DNA of 64,000 nt, taken from a virus. Location: positions 42,613 to 106,612 of the IMG/VR virus record IMGVR_UViG_3300023179_000040; one strand, written 5' to 3'. The translations under genes and the position numbers were made by a program. Positions 22,001-31,526 of this stretch are shown piece after piece. The notes under the pieces were generated by a model, which made no database searches, was not told the DNA's origin, and saw only the letters and a list, made by a program, of their open reading frames with translations. The number at the start of each line of letters is the position of its first letter. Within the stretch, counting starts at the first letter, position 1.

Positions 22001-25000
22001 TAGTGATCCCAAACTAGAACCAGACTTTATAATCGAAGATCAAGGATATGATGATTTTATTGATAGTGGTAGTTGTGGTAGCAATAAAACCATCTATAGA
22101 TTACCTGACTCCATAAACAATCGTACTATTAAGAGTCTCGATGTAAAAATAAATTTAATGAATCACTTTAATCCTAAAAATTTAGTGATTTGGCTGGAGG
22201 TAAAAAATACAGACAGCCCCATTAGCGGCATAGTATCTAATGATCCTACTAATTTATACATAGATAGTACAAGATATCAAAATCATTCGACATCTATGTC
22301 TGGGTATTTAAATAATTTACAGATATCTAATAGCGGTATCGATAATCTAAAAATTTATTTATTGAATCAACAGCATATTAGTAATTATAGTTTAGATTTC
22401 ACTATTAACTTTTCAGATTTTGCAGACAAATATGTTTTAGCTAATCGTTCATTATATGGCAATAATAATATTTCCTGTAATTATCTTAATAATAATAGCT
22501 TAATTACATCGACACTATCTAGTGTTTCAGGATATAATGATATAGAACTAGATAAGTTTACGAAAGCTATAAAATTTAATCAAATAAATTTAATTAATAA
22601 TAATCTATCTAAATTTAAAAATATTCCACTTAAAAATACCACGATTACACTTAAAATAGCAAATATAGAACCCCTGGAACACACATACTCTGTATTAGAC
22701 AATTTGAATAATCATAATAATCTATTGGGCCTTAATACTACCGAAAGACACAGGGTTTCTGGACAATTAAGAGACAGTATTTGTAAATGGTCTGTGGTTG
22801 TACACACATCATCGACAACAAGATCTAGTACTCAGGGTATAGATGCTTATATAGACTATAATGGTAGTATATCAAATATTATACCAACAGGAGAATATCT
22901 AAATAGCCAGACCAATAAATTTGATCCTAATATAGGATATGCCGGAAATAGTAATTATCTGCCTACTAATATTAGTGGTTATGATTTTATAGGAGATTTT
23001 TCTGATAAAAATTTTCTTATACCACTAGTTAATATTAATGCTCCATATAATTATTTAGCTAATATTTCTGAATGTTTTTATAATGATCCTAATATACCAA
23101 GATTAATTTCTAATTTTCCGCCACAATTCCCATCGCTATTGGGATATTTGGTTATGGGTGTAGGGGCGGCTTCTCTTGCCGGTTTCGGTTTAGCCGGCGC
23201 TATGGCAGGATTAGCCTTGATAGGCCAGGCATTAAGTCAAGGAGGTAGAAATGATCCTATCATTAATTTTCTAATAGATAGTAGAAACTATAATCAAACA
23301 GCAGTAAGTAATGCTCAATTTTATAAGCCAGTATATTCATCAGAAAATTATGGATATGGAGATAGGGCTATAGTGGCTGTAAGTCAAGATGGGGCATTAT
23401 GGTATAATGTAGAAGTACCTATTTTTAGATATTCAAATACTCCTCTAGTAGCCAAGAATATATATAAATATATTAAGTTAAATAATAATGCTCCAAATAT
23501 TTTAAGTAAATTTAATTTTAAGGTCCTTACAGATCAAAAGGATTTAGATTTAGCCTATTGTATTGGAACTATTTCTGAAGATATAGAAAGCGACGATTAT
23601 CAACCTGACAATTTTTATTTAAGTTTAAAAACTAATGATATAGTATATTTAGATAATCAAAATTCTGATAGAGATAATGGCTACTATTGTGTTAATTTAG
23701 TTCCTAATACTGATAGATCATCAACAATAGATTCTTGGTATAAAATTCCTTCTAGAAATTCTGTACATTTTTTATCTTACAATAATGTTGGTAGCGGATT
23801 ATTTAATAGCATAAATAGTTCTGGTACTATCAAAAATAATATTATTATTGATGGTATACGGGCTTATAATTTTTTTGATATTGGCGAAACAGCCACCCTG
23901 TCCGAACCATTAGGGGCGTCTGTTAGTATTACAGATAAATCTATTATTGCTACTCGAACAGGACAAAAAACCATTTTAACTTTGTCATCTGGATTAAAAT
24001 TAAAAGCTGATGCTCAAATTTTTAAAGCAGACAGCGCTGCTAATGTTATTTTCTTATATAAAGATTCTGTATCTAGCGTGGCGGGAGACACTGTTCCTAT
24101 TAATCAGTGGGCTTCTGATAGTAAAAAGTCTTTTGATAGTAAATCTAAAGATACTGAAATCAGACTTAGCTGTATAGGAGAAGGAAGTATTGGGTGGGGA
24201 ACAGATAGTATTTTCCCAGAAACAGTTTCATGGCTAAAGCCCCAAGAACAAAATAACAACAACGCCGATATAAATAATCATAACAATGATATTATAAATA
24301 TAAATAATTTAGCTATTATTACTGGTGAAGTAGTTCAATATATCACTGCTGGTCCTACTAAATTCAGTTTAGACGGAACAATTTCTGATAGAGACATAAA
24401 AGATAGAATTAAGGCATCATTATATAGTTTTGATAATATTGGATTATCATTCAACGATATTTCTAGTATATCAAATAGTGATAATATTATTATAAATACT
24501 ATACTTAAAAGAGGTTATCAGACATCATATCCAGATCAAAAAAATAAAATATTTATTGATTTAAAATCTGATGAATTTATTAATATACCAGAATCTGGAT
24601 CTATAGTGCTTGATCAAGATAATTTATATTACAAGTCTATTAAATTTTTAGATTCTGACATCACAACCATAAAAAATAGATTAACAGATTTGTTGTCTGT
24701 TGATAATGATTTTAATCCTGGTTCGATAAGCGATATATATACTATCAATAGTATTGATAATTGTCAAAAATATTATAACTCTTTAAGTGATGATCCTGAA
24801 CAATGTTATCAAGCGAATAGAAGTACTGTGCTTGTTTGTAATAAACTAAAAGCAGAAAAAAGATTAAAAGAACTATATAAAGAAAAATATGATCTTGATA
24901 TGGCATTAATGCTTAATAGCAGTGGTATACAAATGCCCCATATAAGCGGGTCTATAGTAAACTCATTACCCACTGGCATAACGATCAAATATACGGAAAA

Positions 25001-25820
25001 TACCAATTTATATTGGATACATATAGACCCAAATCAAAAATGTTCCATCAATGACGAACTTACAGTTAAAGTCCTAACAAAAACTAACGTGTACGCTGTA
25101 CCAGTAACTGACACATTTGTGCCATCTAATATGATTACGCCAAATTATGATGAAGCATCAAATTTTGTGTCTGGTGTTAATGTTACTACTAAATGGAATG
25201 GATATGAAACCGAATATACGATACCAGATAGTATTGTTCAGAGAGAAAAGAATAATATCGCTACAAAATATTCTAGTCTAGACTGGACAGAAGATGATGA
25301 AATTTTTGTTTATGGGCAGGCCCCAGTACAAGAAGATAGAACTAATAGTAAAAAAGTTATGATCTGCCCTAATACATCTAGAGATTATATTATACAGCTC
25401 AAAGAGACTTATATTAGACCACCATGCAGATATACTGGTCCGATTTCTGGAGTTATAGATTTTAGTCAAAATGATCTTAAATTAAAATTTAGAAATCTAC
25501 CAAGAAAACTGAAAAGTGTAGACTCTGAAATGTATCAAAGATACACATATGATACTAGGGGTAATTTAGTAAAAGATACTTCATTCTTTGCTAATGTAGG
25601 CCAGATAGCAAATAATTTTGTTTGTTGGCAATGTTTTAATACTAGTGGTATTTATGTAACGGGTATACCACCATACTTTATAGCAGCCAACGAAATGAGG
25701 TATCGCTCATTCTTTGGTAGTATAGACGGCATAGAGCACAAGAATACCTTTGTATCAGATTCCAAAGAGGACTGGGAATGGATACCATACGAGTATTATC
25801 AGCCTACGGGCGTTATTTAG
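19077..25820 (+). CDS. Giant putative virion protein (2247 aa)
   Basis: Uninterrupted ORF; PKD-like YFWEQIGGP...GTY segment, P-domain-like IKSLDVKINLMNH segment, one Gly-rich hydrophobic stretch. Confidence 0.5.
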   Translation: MYYPINNFSNCNIFSNSFLQDLESYNLLNDSNSDLHIVYDGDSISSSNLIDFKINDMLSLIPETNLSLTKDVWFPAIAYYDILNPSLTSKYKPVFDKTINYNPILGIDSMIVFQPKFKNWTMTINGETQKNMVCNWHINSILSNVEARYGIMYWYKYTDYGRQQNFNYADLSNHTKFTLDFNITYGPSNALKTISANSVLEKYDNTYIKLPETYRAKIESGSDVNSDSNPISFGPSWPLLAISDINTNNWQSQCKIIKDSIFSRNNTNLDIYISNGDCFSYYESYADRLRSMAASMPTKTYLSHGLFNIYREIYHRLSISRPKKFNKSLSVKQARLLQKLSYFLSSGPLMDRTTVDLLLDDSIQQSVRDYIDSDTSSVASEITGLKNILQTIYSKFTNLSTYQYKQTQNLNYILTKKDLFKCLTPKYGCGLWIDNPTTIQYKYPLKNGPHLLSTQNYTSWCKPNSIVDSSNEIFFNNSAISVGNLLYQTSISTTGSVVRFATNFTSNNTIVDVPLADISLHQTKLDKLFLSSGIYQPWTGYETEFNLSDVLGTTDDATYFWEQIGGPNCLRFNDYNKDKSSRGSFLNIRRFFTSTFDSPSVYTRQSGTYLIKCTRNSKGSTDSDIVILTNDPTGIPTISIPTKIGNSLYPTIISSIPKTIAFNKQGMIGMISSENYVDTDDINVSEDFDEYGIAKFKDYKINLNEGYRIPVLQTGGYFSLNINPSGLYTFLSSISLQNMRDEKYEYCQCPSLYEEKILRKPRKGISLPVLGSSDFTRDIDAQYKFIYHNRNGKMLDAPPVVINVPTASTAYSPKILPYGGYGKDIVDSIGINMPGHPKPLSGLIPPVTGSLANALPILTERNNFEMSADVNKKLICHLREIQPTGTKHYVNMSRGHFHPISGWITDTKYIGKSNVWRNKPYLRSSYEFVGAGFADISPKNTFDNNLYIYSSDINLLPIIYENIDQDDKYGFYNINSDPKLEPDFIIEDQGYDDFIDSGSCGSNKTIYRLPDSINNRTIKSLDVKINLMNHFNPKNLVIWLEVKNTDSPISGIVSNDPTNLYIDSTRYQNHSTSMSGYLNNLQISNSGIDNLKIYLLNQQHISNYSLDFTINFSDFADKYVLANRSLYGNNNISCNYLNNNSLITSTLSSVSGYNDIELDKFTKAIKFNQINLINNNLSKFKNIPLKNTTITLKIANIEPLEHTYSVLDNLNNHNNLLGLNTTERHRVSGQLRDSICKWSVVVHTSSTTRSSTQGIDAYIDYNGSISNIIPTGEYLNSQTNKFDPNIGYAGNSNYLPTNISGYDFIGDFSDKNFLIPLVNINAPYNYLANISECFYNDPNIPRLISNFPPQFPSLLGYLVMGVGAASLAGFGLAGAMAGLALIGQALSQGGRNDPIINFLIDSRNYNQTAVSNAQFYKPVYSSENYGYGDRAIVAVSQDGALWYNVEVPIFRYSNTPLVAKNIYKYIKLNNNAPNILSKFNFKVLTDQKDLDLAYCIGTISEDIESDDYQPDNFYLSLKTNDIVYLDNQNSDRDNGYYCVNLVPNTDRSSTIDSWYKIPSRNSVHFLSYNNVGSGLFNSINSSGTIKNNIIIDGIRAYNFFDIGETATLSEPLGASVSITDKSIIATRTGQKTILTLSSGLKLKADAQIFKADSAANVIFLYKDSVSSVAGDTVPINQWASDSKKSFDSKSKDTEIRLSCIGEGSIGWGTDSIFPETVSWLKPQEQNNNNADINNHNNDIININNLAIITGEVVQYITAGPTKFSLDGTISDRDIKDRIKASLYSFDNIGLSFNDISSISNSDNIIINTILKRGYQTSYPDQKNKIFIDLKSDEFINIPESGSIVLDQDNLYYKSIKFLDSDITTIKNRLTDLLSVDNDFNPGSISDIYTINSIDNCQKYYNSLSDDPEQCYQANRSTVLVCNKLKAEKRLKELYKEKYDLDMALMLNSSGIQMPHISGSIVNSLPTGITIKYTENTNLYWIHIDPNQKCSINDELTVKVLTKTNVYAVPVTDTFVPSNMITPNYDEASNFVSGVNVTTKWNGYETEYTIPDSIVQREKNNIATKYSSLDWTEDDEIFVYGQAPVQEDRTNSKKVMICPNTSRDYIIQLKETYIRPPCRYTGPISGVIDFSQNDLKLKFRNLPRKLKSVDSEMYQRYTYDTRGNLVKDTSFFANVGQIANNFVCWQCFNTSGIYVTGIPPYFIAANEMRYRSFFGSIDGIEHKNTFVSDSKEDWEWIPYEYYQPTGVI

Positions 25821-26145
25821 ACGAGTCTTTATTCCACTTGTGCCAGCCTTTATTTGGCAAATAGTTATTCTCATCATCTTTTCTTTTAGGAAATAGAGTA
25901 CCACCCTTTTTGTGTTGTCCAAAAGATAATATTGCTCCGCATTTGATATCTGTGCATCTTAGCTCATAATAATCATTGCTATCAACATTTCTCACTATAA
26001 ACTTAATATTTATGCCGCCACATAGACCGCAACGATCTTCTGAAAAAATTTCTTGTATTGTCGCAAGTTCTTTGAAAACTTCTTTTTGTCCATCAGCTTC
26101 TATTTCAAATGATAATTTATCATTAGCGGTATATTTGACTTTCAT
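25813..26145 (-). CDS. Zn-ribbon hypothetical protein
   Basis: CGLC...CTDIKC; its 3' end overlaps the convergent giant ORF. Confidence 0.6.
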   Translation of the reverse strand: MKVKYTANDKLSFEIEADGQKEVFKELATIQEIFSEDRCGLCGGINIKFIVRNVDSNDYYELRCTDIKCGAILSFGQHKKGGTLFPKRKDDENNYLPNKGWHKWNKDSSK

Positions 26146-26148
26146 AGT

Positions 26149-26886
26149 TTATTTCCATTCATTGTTAAAGCCCAATAATTCGCTCGGAATCTTAGACATA
26201 TCCTGTTGATATTGAGATAGTAGTCTTATCACAGACACCGCATCATCATGATTTAACGAGTATATGTTTTTTGATTCCAAAGAATTATTTTCTAAAAGTT
26301 TGGTTACATTTATATTAAGTCTTTTTGACAATACGTCAATAAAATTAATTTGATTATTTGTTATTTTAGATACAGAATTTTCATCTGGATGATCTTCTAT
26401 ATCTTTAGCCAATTCTTCAGCTGCTACTACTTTTCTTAGCTTAAGAGCTCTTCTTAGTGCTCTACCTTCTGCTCGTGTTTCGGCTACCGCTACAGGATGA
26501 TTACGATATACTTTATCGCAATTACCCCAATAAACGTCCGCAGAGCCATCCACTGTCACGGTATTTAATTCATTGATGGTGGACCCTGTGTCTTTTAAAT
26601 AAAAGCATAGGGAGTGTACCACAGTGGCCCTTTTTTCATTATCCGGTGATGGAGCTTGTACAACTTGGCTGGTTGATGATAATATTTGGCAATTTAATGC
26701 TATTTCAAATATGCGCCTAAGACCGTCAGTGGTTGGATTACCAGAAATTTTTTCATCATCCGCCAACAAAGATAACACATGGTCTGTCCAGGCTATATCG
26801 TTCGGTGTTATCTTGATAGTCTCCTGAACATTTTCTGATTGTGGTTCGGTATTTGATACTGCATTTTCTTTTTTAGATTTTGCCAT
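26149..26886 (-). CDS. Rad52/Rad22-like single-strand annealing protein (putative)
   Basis: DGSAD...AVAETRAEGRALRRAL motif; C-terminal ITNNQ helical domain. Confidence 0.5.
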   Translation of the reverse strand: MAKSKKENAVSNTEPQSENVQETIKITPNDIAWTDHVLSLLADDEKISGNPTTDGLRRIFEIALNCQILSSTSQVVQAPSPDNEKRATVVHSLCFYLKDTGSTINELNTVTVDGSADVYWGNCDKVYRNHPVAVAETRAEGRALRRALKLRKVVAAEELAKDIEDHPDENSVSKITNNQINFIDVLSKRLNINVTKLLENNSLESKNIYSLNHDDAVSVIRLLSQYQQDMSKIPSELLGFNNEWK

Positions 26887-27700
26887 TATAATCCTCTATA
26901 ATAAATGTCCTATTGTCTGCGGATGGAAAATTAGTAGATATATTCTTTAATATGTCTGATAGTTGGGAATAAATCAGATTTGCTCTAGTTACTGAAAAAT
27001 CTTTAGTTTGTTTAATCCTGATCAAAGCCATTCCTTTGCCAAGTAGAAGACCCTCTTTTTTACTATCATATGTTTGATTCTTTTTGAGTACTTCTTCACC
27101 CCACACCGGCAAAAAATGAGATGGTCCATCTACCTCTATGGCCGTATTCATGGTAGGTAGGAACAGATCTATTTGCAACTTTGTATTTGATAAGGTTTGT
27201 TCTTTATGAAAATCTACTTTATAGCCATTACTGATTAATTTATCTAATAGAAATCTTTCAAGTTTTGATCCAACTTTACTAGAATTCCTTACGGCCTGAT
27301 TAGCTTTTTTAATCATGTTTTGTTTAGTGTCTTCATCCATCTGATCCCATAGTTCTTTACTTTTATTTTTTCTATTTGCTAATTCTTGATCATCCAATGA
27401 ATCCCATGATTTTAATACTCCTTTACCAATTTTGGCCTTCTCAGAGTCCGAACGCTTACTACCTTTGGTCGGATGCTTATGTTTTCCAGTGCTTAGTGCA
27501 TTTTTTTGTGCATTAGATTTGTCTCGTATAGGTATTTTAAAGCTAATAGCATCTCTACGGACTTTATTGGCATATGTATTATATGACGCTGCTATATCGG
27601 CAAAACTATTTTTTTGTTTAATATATAGTTCTCTGATAAGCTGTTCTTTTTGTATTTTAGATAGTAGATTATAAGATTTCGGATAATTTGTCATAGTCAA
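26873..27700 (-). CDS. Vsr/DUF559-like PD-(D/E)XK endonuclease with N-terminal DNA-binding segments
   Basis: SKLE...IDLFLP...AIEVDGPSH...YDSKK; NUMOD3-like KGSKRSDSEKAKIG. Confidence 0.65.
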   Translation of the reverse strand: MTMTNYPKSYNLLSKIQKEQLIRELYIKQKNSFADIAASYNTYANKVRRDAISFKIPIRDKSNAQKNALSTGKHKHPTKGSKRSDSEKAKIGKGVLKSWDSLDDQELANRKNKSKELWDQMDEDTKQNMIKKANQAVRNSSKVGSKLERFLLDKLISNGYKVDFHKEQTLSNTKLQIDLFLPTMNTAIEVDGPSHFLPVWGEEVLKKNQTYDSKKEGLLLGKGMALIRIKQTKDFSVTRANLIYSQLSDILKNISTNFPSADNRTFIIEDYNGKI

Positions 27701-28142
27701 AATTCTCCACCATAGTAACGGGTTTTCTCCATACTATGCTATAAAGGTCATCTATTTCTTGATTGGAAGAAATAATATCGATATTATCAGACATAAATAA
27801 TGATTTCCAATAATTAATTGGTTTACGATTTTTTTCCCACGGTATATTTATGGCGTAATAAAAAAGTTTATTAGCGTTGATCAGCTTTGTTGCAAAGAAT
27901 AGGTCTTCTTCATTAAATGTTATGATATTACCGTAGAAAAACTTGGCTTGATTAATATTTAATATCGGAATATTTTTGCTGTCTATTAACTCACAATAAC
28001 TATTAAATACTACTATCTGATTAAATGGTCTATTATTAATGAATGAGCTTATTGTTTGTAAAATATTATTACTTACAGGGTCATTTTGTAGTGTTGGTAT
28101 CAAAAATCCAAGATCTTTATATTTCATAGTATGATGACTCAT
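27669..28142 (-). CDS. Hypothetical, glycosyltransferase N-domain-like
   Basis: Rossmann-like pattern (KLFYYAINIPW, IDIISSN); coupled in the GT operon. Confidence 0.35.
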   Translation of the reverse strand: MSHHTMKYKDLGFLIPTLQNDPVSNNILQTISSFINNRPFNQIVVFNSYCELIDSKNIPILNINQAKFFYGNIITFNEEDLFFATKLINANKLFYYAINIPWEKNRKPINYWKSLFMSDNIDIISSNQEIDDLYSIVWRKPVTMVENFDYDKLSEIL

Positions 28143-28831
28143 GCGAATAGTTGTTGTAAGAATAGAGAATATGAAGTATATGACGGTATATCAAGACTCT
28201 GGTCTTTGACCAAATCATTATTAAGTATTTTTATAACACTAGCACCGCACAATTTGGCCTCAATATAGTATGATCCATCAAGATCCAAATATGCATCGCA
28301 GGAATTAAGAAGCTCCGCTTTTTCTGCTTCATTAACAAATCCTAAATTTTGAGCATGAGTAATGTTTTTATTAAAGAATTTTATTCGTTTGTTGGATTTG
28401 GGATATAATAGGCTCATTAACTCATCAGGTATAGTAGTATAGCCATCTAAAAAACATATAATATCATTATTTCTTTCTGTCTGTTTGTTACCGATAAATA
28501 TATCGGTGTTAACGAGTCTTGGTATATGTCTGGTGAAAGAGTCTATATTGTGACTGATATGAATGCATTTTTTGGGTAAATTATTAATTAATTCTACTAG
28601 TGTAGTATCATGATGATATAATACAATATTTTTATTTGTTATGAATTCTTCTATAAATTGATATATTTCAGGAGTACACAAATTAGCACAAAAAATATAT
28701 GTATCAAAATTATAACGATAATGTATTTCGTATAAATTATTATTAATAACGCCAGAGGCTGTTTCCATATTACTTATAACTGATAAACTGTTAATAAATT
28801 TATCATCTATATATTGACTAAAAATTTTCAT
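28139..28831 (-). CDS. Degenerate GT-B glycosyltransferase-like protein
   Basis: NLGFVNEAEKAELLNSC...YYIEAKLCG resembles the GT-B C-domain. Confidence 0.45.
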   Translation of the reverse strand: MKIFSQYIDDKFINSLSVISNMETASGVINNNLYEIHYRYNFDTYIFCANLCTPEIYQFIEEFITNKNIVLYHHDTTLVELINNLPKKCIHISHNIDSFTRHIPRLVNTDIFIGNKQTERNNDIICFLDGYTTIPDELMSLLYPKSNKRIKFFNKNITHAQNLGFVNEAEKAELLNSCDAYLDLDGSYYIEAKLCGASVIKILNNDLVKDQSLDIPSYTSYSLFLQQLFA

Positions 28832-29496
28832 ATAAATACTTTGGCCTTAGAAATATCTTTGGTGCTATTAATTTTCATTATGTTTTTCTTATTAATAAAA
28901 TCTCGATCAAAATGGATATTATGTTTTTCAATTAAAAGATTGATCAGTTCAAATAAATACATTTGACTAATGTTTATTTCTTTATTTATATGGTTAATAC
29001 AATTAACGGCCATCCTGTTAAAGCTAACACACTCAGACCAAGCTATCGGTAAATCATAGAATAAATAATGGATATCATCTGATTCCGAACATCCTATGGT
29101 AAAATTATATTTTGGCTTGTCTATCAAAAAAATTTTAGACTCATCACTCATTTTAAATGGATTATTCTTAAATAATATACCATTACTAATCACCAATAAC
29201 TGATTAGATGAGTATTCTTGAGCAAATTTTCCTAATATGTAAGCTTGATTAGTTCTGGAGTACTCAGGATTTTCTATAAAATAAAGATTTTTATGATAGC
29301 TTTTGAATATTTTTTTAATTTTCTCAGACTCAAAGCCTGTTCCTATAAAAATATTTGCATGCTTATCATATTTTTTAATTTGATCTATTTGATATTGTAA
29401 AACAGAAACAGAATTCTTGATATGTAGTAAAGCTTTGGATCCTACCGATTTCATACCTTTTGTAATTTCTGGTACTAATATTAGAATATCAGGCAT
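28828..29496 (-). CDS. Sugar-phosphate nucleotidyltransferase-like (LicC/NTP_transferase fold), degenerate
   Basis: ILILVPEITKGMKSVGSKALL is at the position of IILAAGxGxRM..PKxLL; GFESE, NPEYSRTN. Confidence 0.55.
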   Translation of the reverse strand: MPDILILVPEITKGMKSVGSKALLHIKNSVSVLQYQIDQIKKYDKHANIFIGTGFESEKIKKIFKSYHKNLYFIENPEYSRTNQAYILGKFAQEYSSNQLLVISNGILFKNNPFKMSDESKIFLIDKPKYNFTIGCSESDDIHYLFYDLPIAWSECVSFNRMAVNCINHINKEINISQMYLFELINLLIEKHNIHFDRDFINKKNIMKINSTKDISKAKVFI

Positions 29497-30226
29497 AGTA
29501 ATAAATTTGTGGGTTATCTATTTCCTTAAAACTATCGTAAATATTTTTTTTGGTATATTTCATAAGCTCATAATAGTTTCTAAATGATAAAAATAGACCA
29601 TCTCCATTTTTTCTCATTAGCGCATGTATAATAGGCTGTTCTATGGCTACAATACTATTTAGTTTATTGATATCGCTGTTCCATGAGTTGCTGCTTTCTG
29701 ATTTATTTATCCATAGAAAATCTATTTTACTAATGATGTCATTGGTATCAAATACAGTATCTAAAACTCCTTGAGGGTCTAAATCTTCTAAGATATTATG
29801 CAACTTCCATGATATATCACCCAGCATTTTTGTACATATATCTATAATAGTTTTTGTATTATTGTTTCGTCTTACAACTAATGAGACGAACATGGGTTTG
29901 ACAGACAATGAGGCTATGCTTTGACAAATATCATAACATTCATCCTCATTTGAAATCATTACACATAAATAATACTTTATATTAGCATTATTGATAAGTC
30001 TTATTTTAAGCTGTTCAATATCTCCTATTGATTCTTGATATTGCTTATATGTTTCAATATTGAACGCAAATGGACACCTATATTCTAAAATTTTATTAAA
30101 ATTAGATTCTGATATATGGATAGTTTTTTTATTTTTTATTTGAGCTATAATAGACATAGCACATGGCTCGTCCGAGTTTGCATAATCAGCGAAAATACAT
30201 TTTTCACAATTAGTAGTTGTTTTCAT
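29489..30226 (-). CDS. Hypothetical with N-terminal CxxC, possible degenerate GT-A fold
   Basis: CEKCIFA...C; operon context. Confidence 0.35.
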   Translation of the reverse strand: MKTTTNCEKCIFADYANSDEPCAMSIIAQIKNKKTIHISESNFNKILEYRCPFAFNIETYKQYQESIGDIEQLKIRLINNANIKYYLCVMISNEDECYDICQSIASLSVKPMFVSLVVRRNNNTKTIIDICTKMLGDISWKLHNILEDLDPQGVLDTVFDTNDIISKIDFLWINKSESSNSWNSDINKLNSIVAIEQPIIHALMRKNGDGLFLSFRNYYELMKYTKKNIYDSFKEIDNPQIYYYA

Positions 30227-30654
30227 AGACTGTTCCTTTGAGCACTAATAGTGATTGATGTTTGATCATCGGCGTAAACTGTCTGGACAACTTTAAATGT
30301 ATTATTTTGTTCTATTGTTAGAGATAAAATTTCTGGAGATATAATCATTTGTTTGTCTTTAATATATTCTAAAAAATCTTTATCATCTATAGAATTCATA
30401 CTATATAGTCTAGTCACATATTTCATATTTGTTATTTCTGTCGTCAGTAATCCGCCCGGTCTAATTTTAGACATAATTTTTGGTAATATTATAGAGAGCT
30501 GTTCCGGCGTGATTTGTTCTAAAACATTTGTATAAATATGATCGACAGAACAATTAACAACCGTGTCTAATGCTCGAATGTCTAATTCTGTAAAACCGTC
30601 AATATGCTTATGATTATCGTTTATATAAATATTAATAAGTCTGGTCATGGTCAT
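30223..30654 (-). CDS. Class I SAM methyltransferase-like, degenerate
   Basis: SVDHIYTNVLEQI...KIRPGGLL; no GxGxG motif I. Confidence 0.5.
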   Translation of the reverse strand: MTMTRLINIYINDNHKHIDGFTELDIRALDTVVNCSVDHIYTNVLEQITPEQLSIILPKIMSKIRPGGLLTTEITNMKYVTRLYSMNSIDDKDFLEYIKDKQMIISPEILSLTIEQNNTFKVVQTVYADDQTSITISAQRNSL

Positions 30655-31526
30655 AGATTGGGCTTTCTGATTATATGATATATATGTGATAGTATCTCTT
30701 GGTTAAACTTTTCAAAACTATAATTCGTATTAATATTTTCAATTTGCTTATCAATATCTTTATTTTTGTATATTTCTAATTGTTGAGATATGATAGATGT
30801 TAGCTGATTTAAATCATATAATACTGTGTGATCGCATTTTTCTAGATTATGACTAGAAATAACAGAACAGCCATTGATCATTCCGAATAATACATTATAA
30901 TCATCCTGAAAATCAACTAACACACAATACTGTTGCGCTATACTACACAGATTATCGTATGATAATTCATTAATACTATTCAACATACCAGCATCAGGCC
31001 ACGTATGTATCAAGTTTTTATATAAAGTATTGACAATATGATTATTCTGATAGTTAACAAAAAGTACGGATTTTCTATTTTTATTTGATATTTGTTTTGG
31101 TAATGGTATACCATATTCGACTATTGGTGATTCTTCATTTATATGCCAACTATTTTTTATCGAGAGATTCCGAAATATTTTATATGATGATGCAAGATTA
31201 TTTTGAATTAAAAACTTATCTTCTTTCTTAACATCGTGTGCAGCGGTGTGTCGATAGTAGATTAAATCATTAATACATAAATGTTTTATGTGGTTTTTGT
31301 TAGACGCATACATACTAGGATTATTTGTCCAATATATATCATATCCGATTAATAAATGATTAAGAGCACTATCTGGTACTATTAATAATTTTTCGCATTT
31401 TTCTAGAGATTTATCAAAAATACTATTATTATAGTCATAAGATACGTATACGGGCACACCATTACCGTGTTCAGTAATAGTAAAAATAGGCTTTAAAATA
31501 TTCTGCATTATTGAAGTATGTTGCAT
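30651..31526 (-). CDS. Degenerate glycosyltransferase-like protein
   Basis: IVEYGIP...LSYDNL...QYCVLV...GMINGCSVIS...NYSFEKF follows the GT-B C-domain pattern. Confidence 0.45.
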   Translation of the reverse strand: MQHTSIMQNILKPIFTITEHGNGVPVYVSYDYNNSIFDKSLEKCEKLLIVPDSALNHLLIGYDIYWTNNPSMYASNKNHIKHLCINDLIYYRHTAAHDVKKEDKFLIQNNLASSYKIFRNLSIKNSWHINEESPIVEYGIPLPKQISNKNRKSVLFVNYQNNHIVNTLYKNLIHTWPDAGMLNSINELSYDNLCSIAQQYCVLVDFQDDYNVLFGMINGCSVISSHNLEKCDHTVLYDLNQLTSIISQQLEIYKNKDIDKQIENINTNYSFEKFNQEILSHIYHIIRKPNL

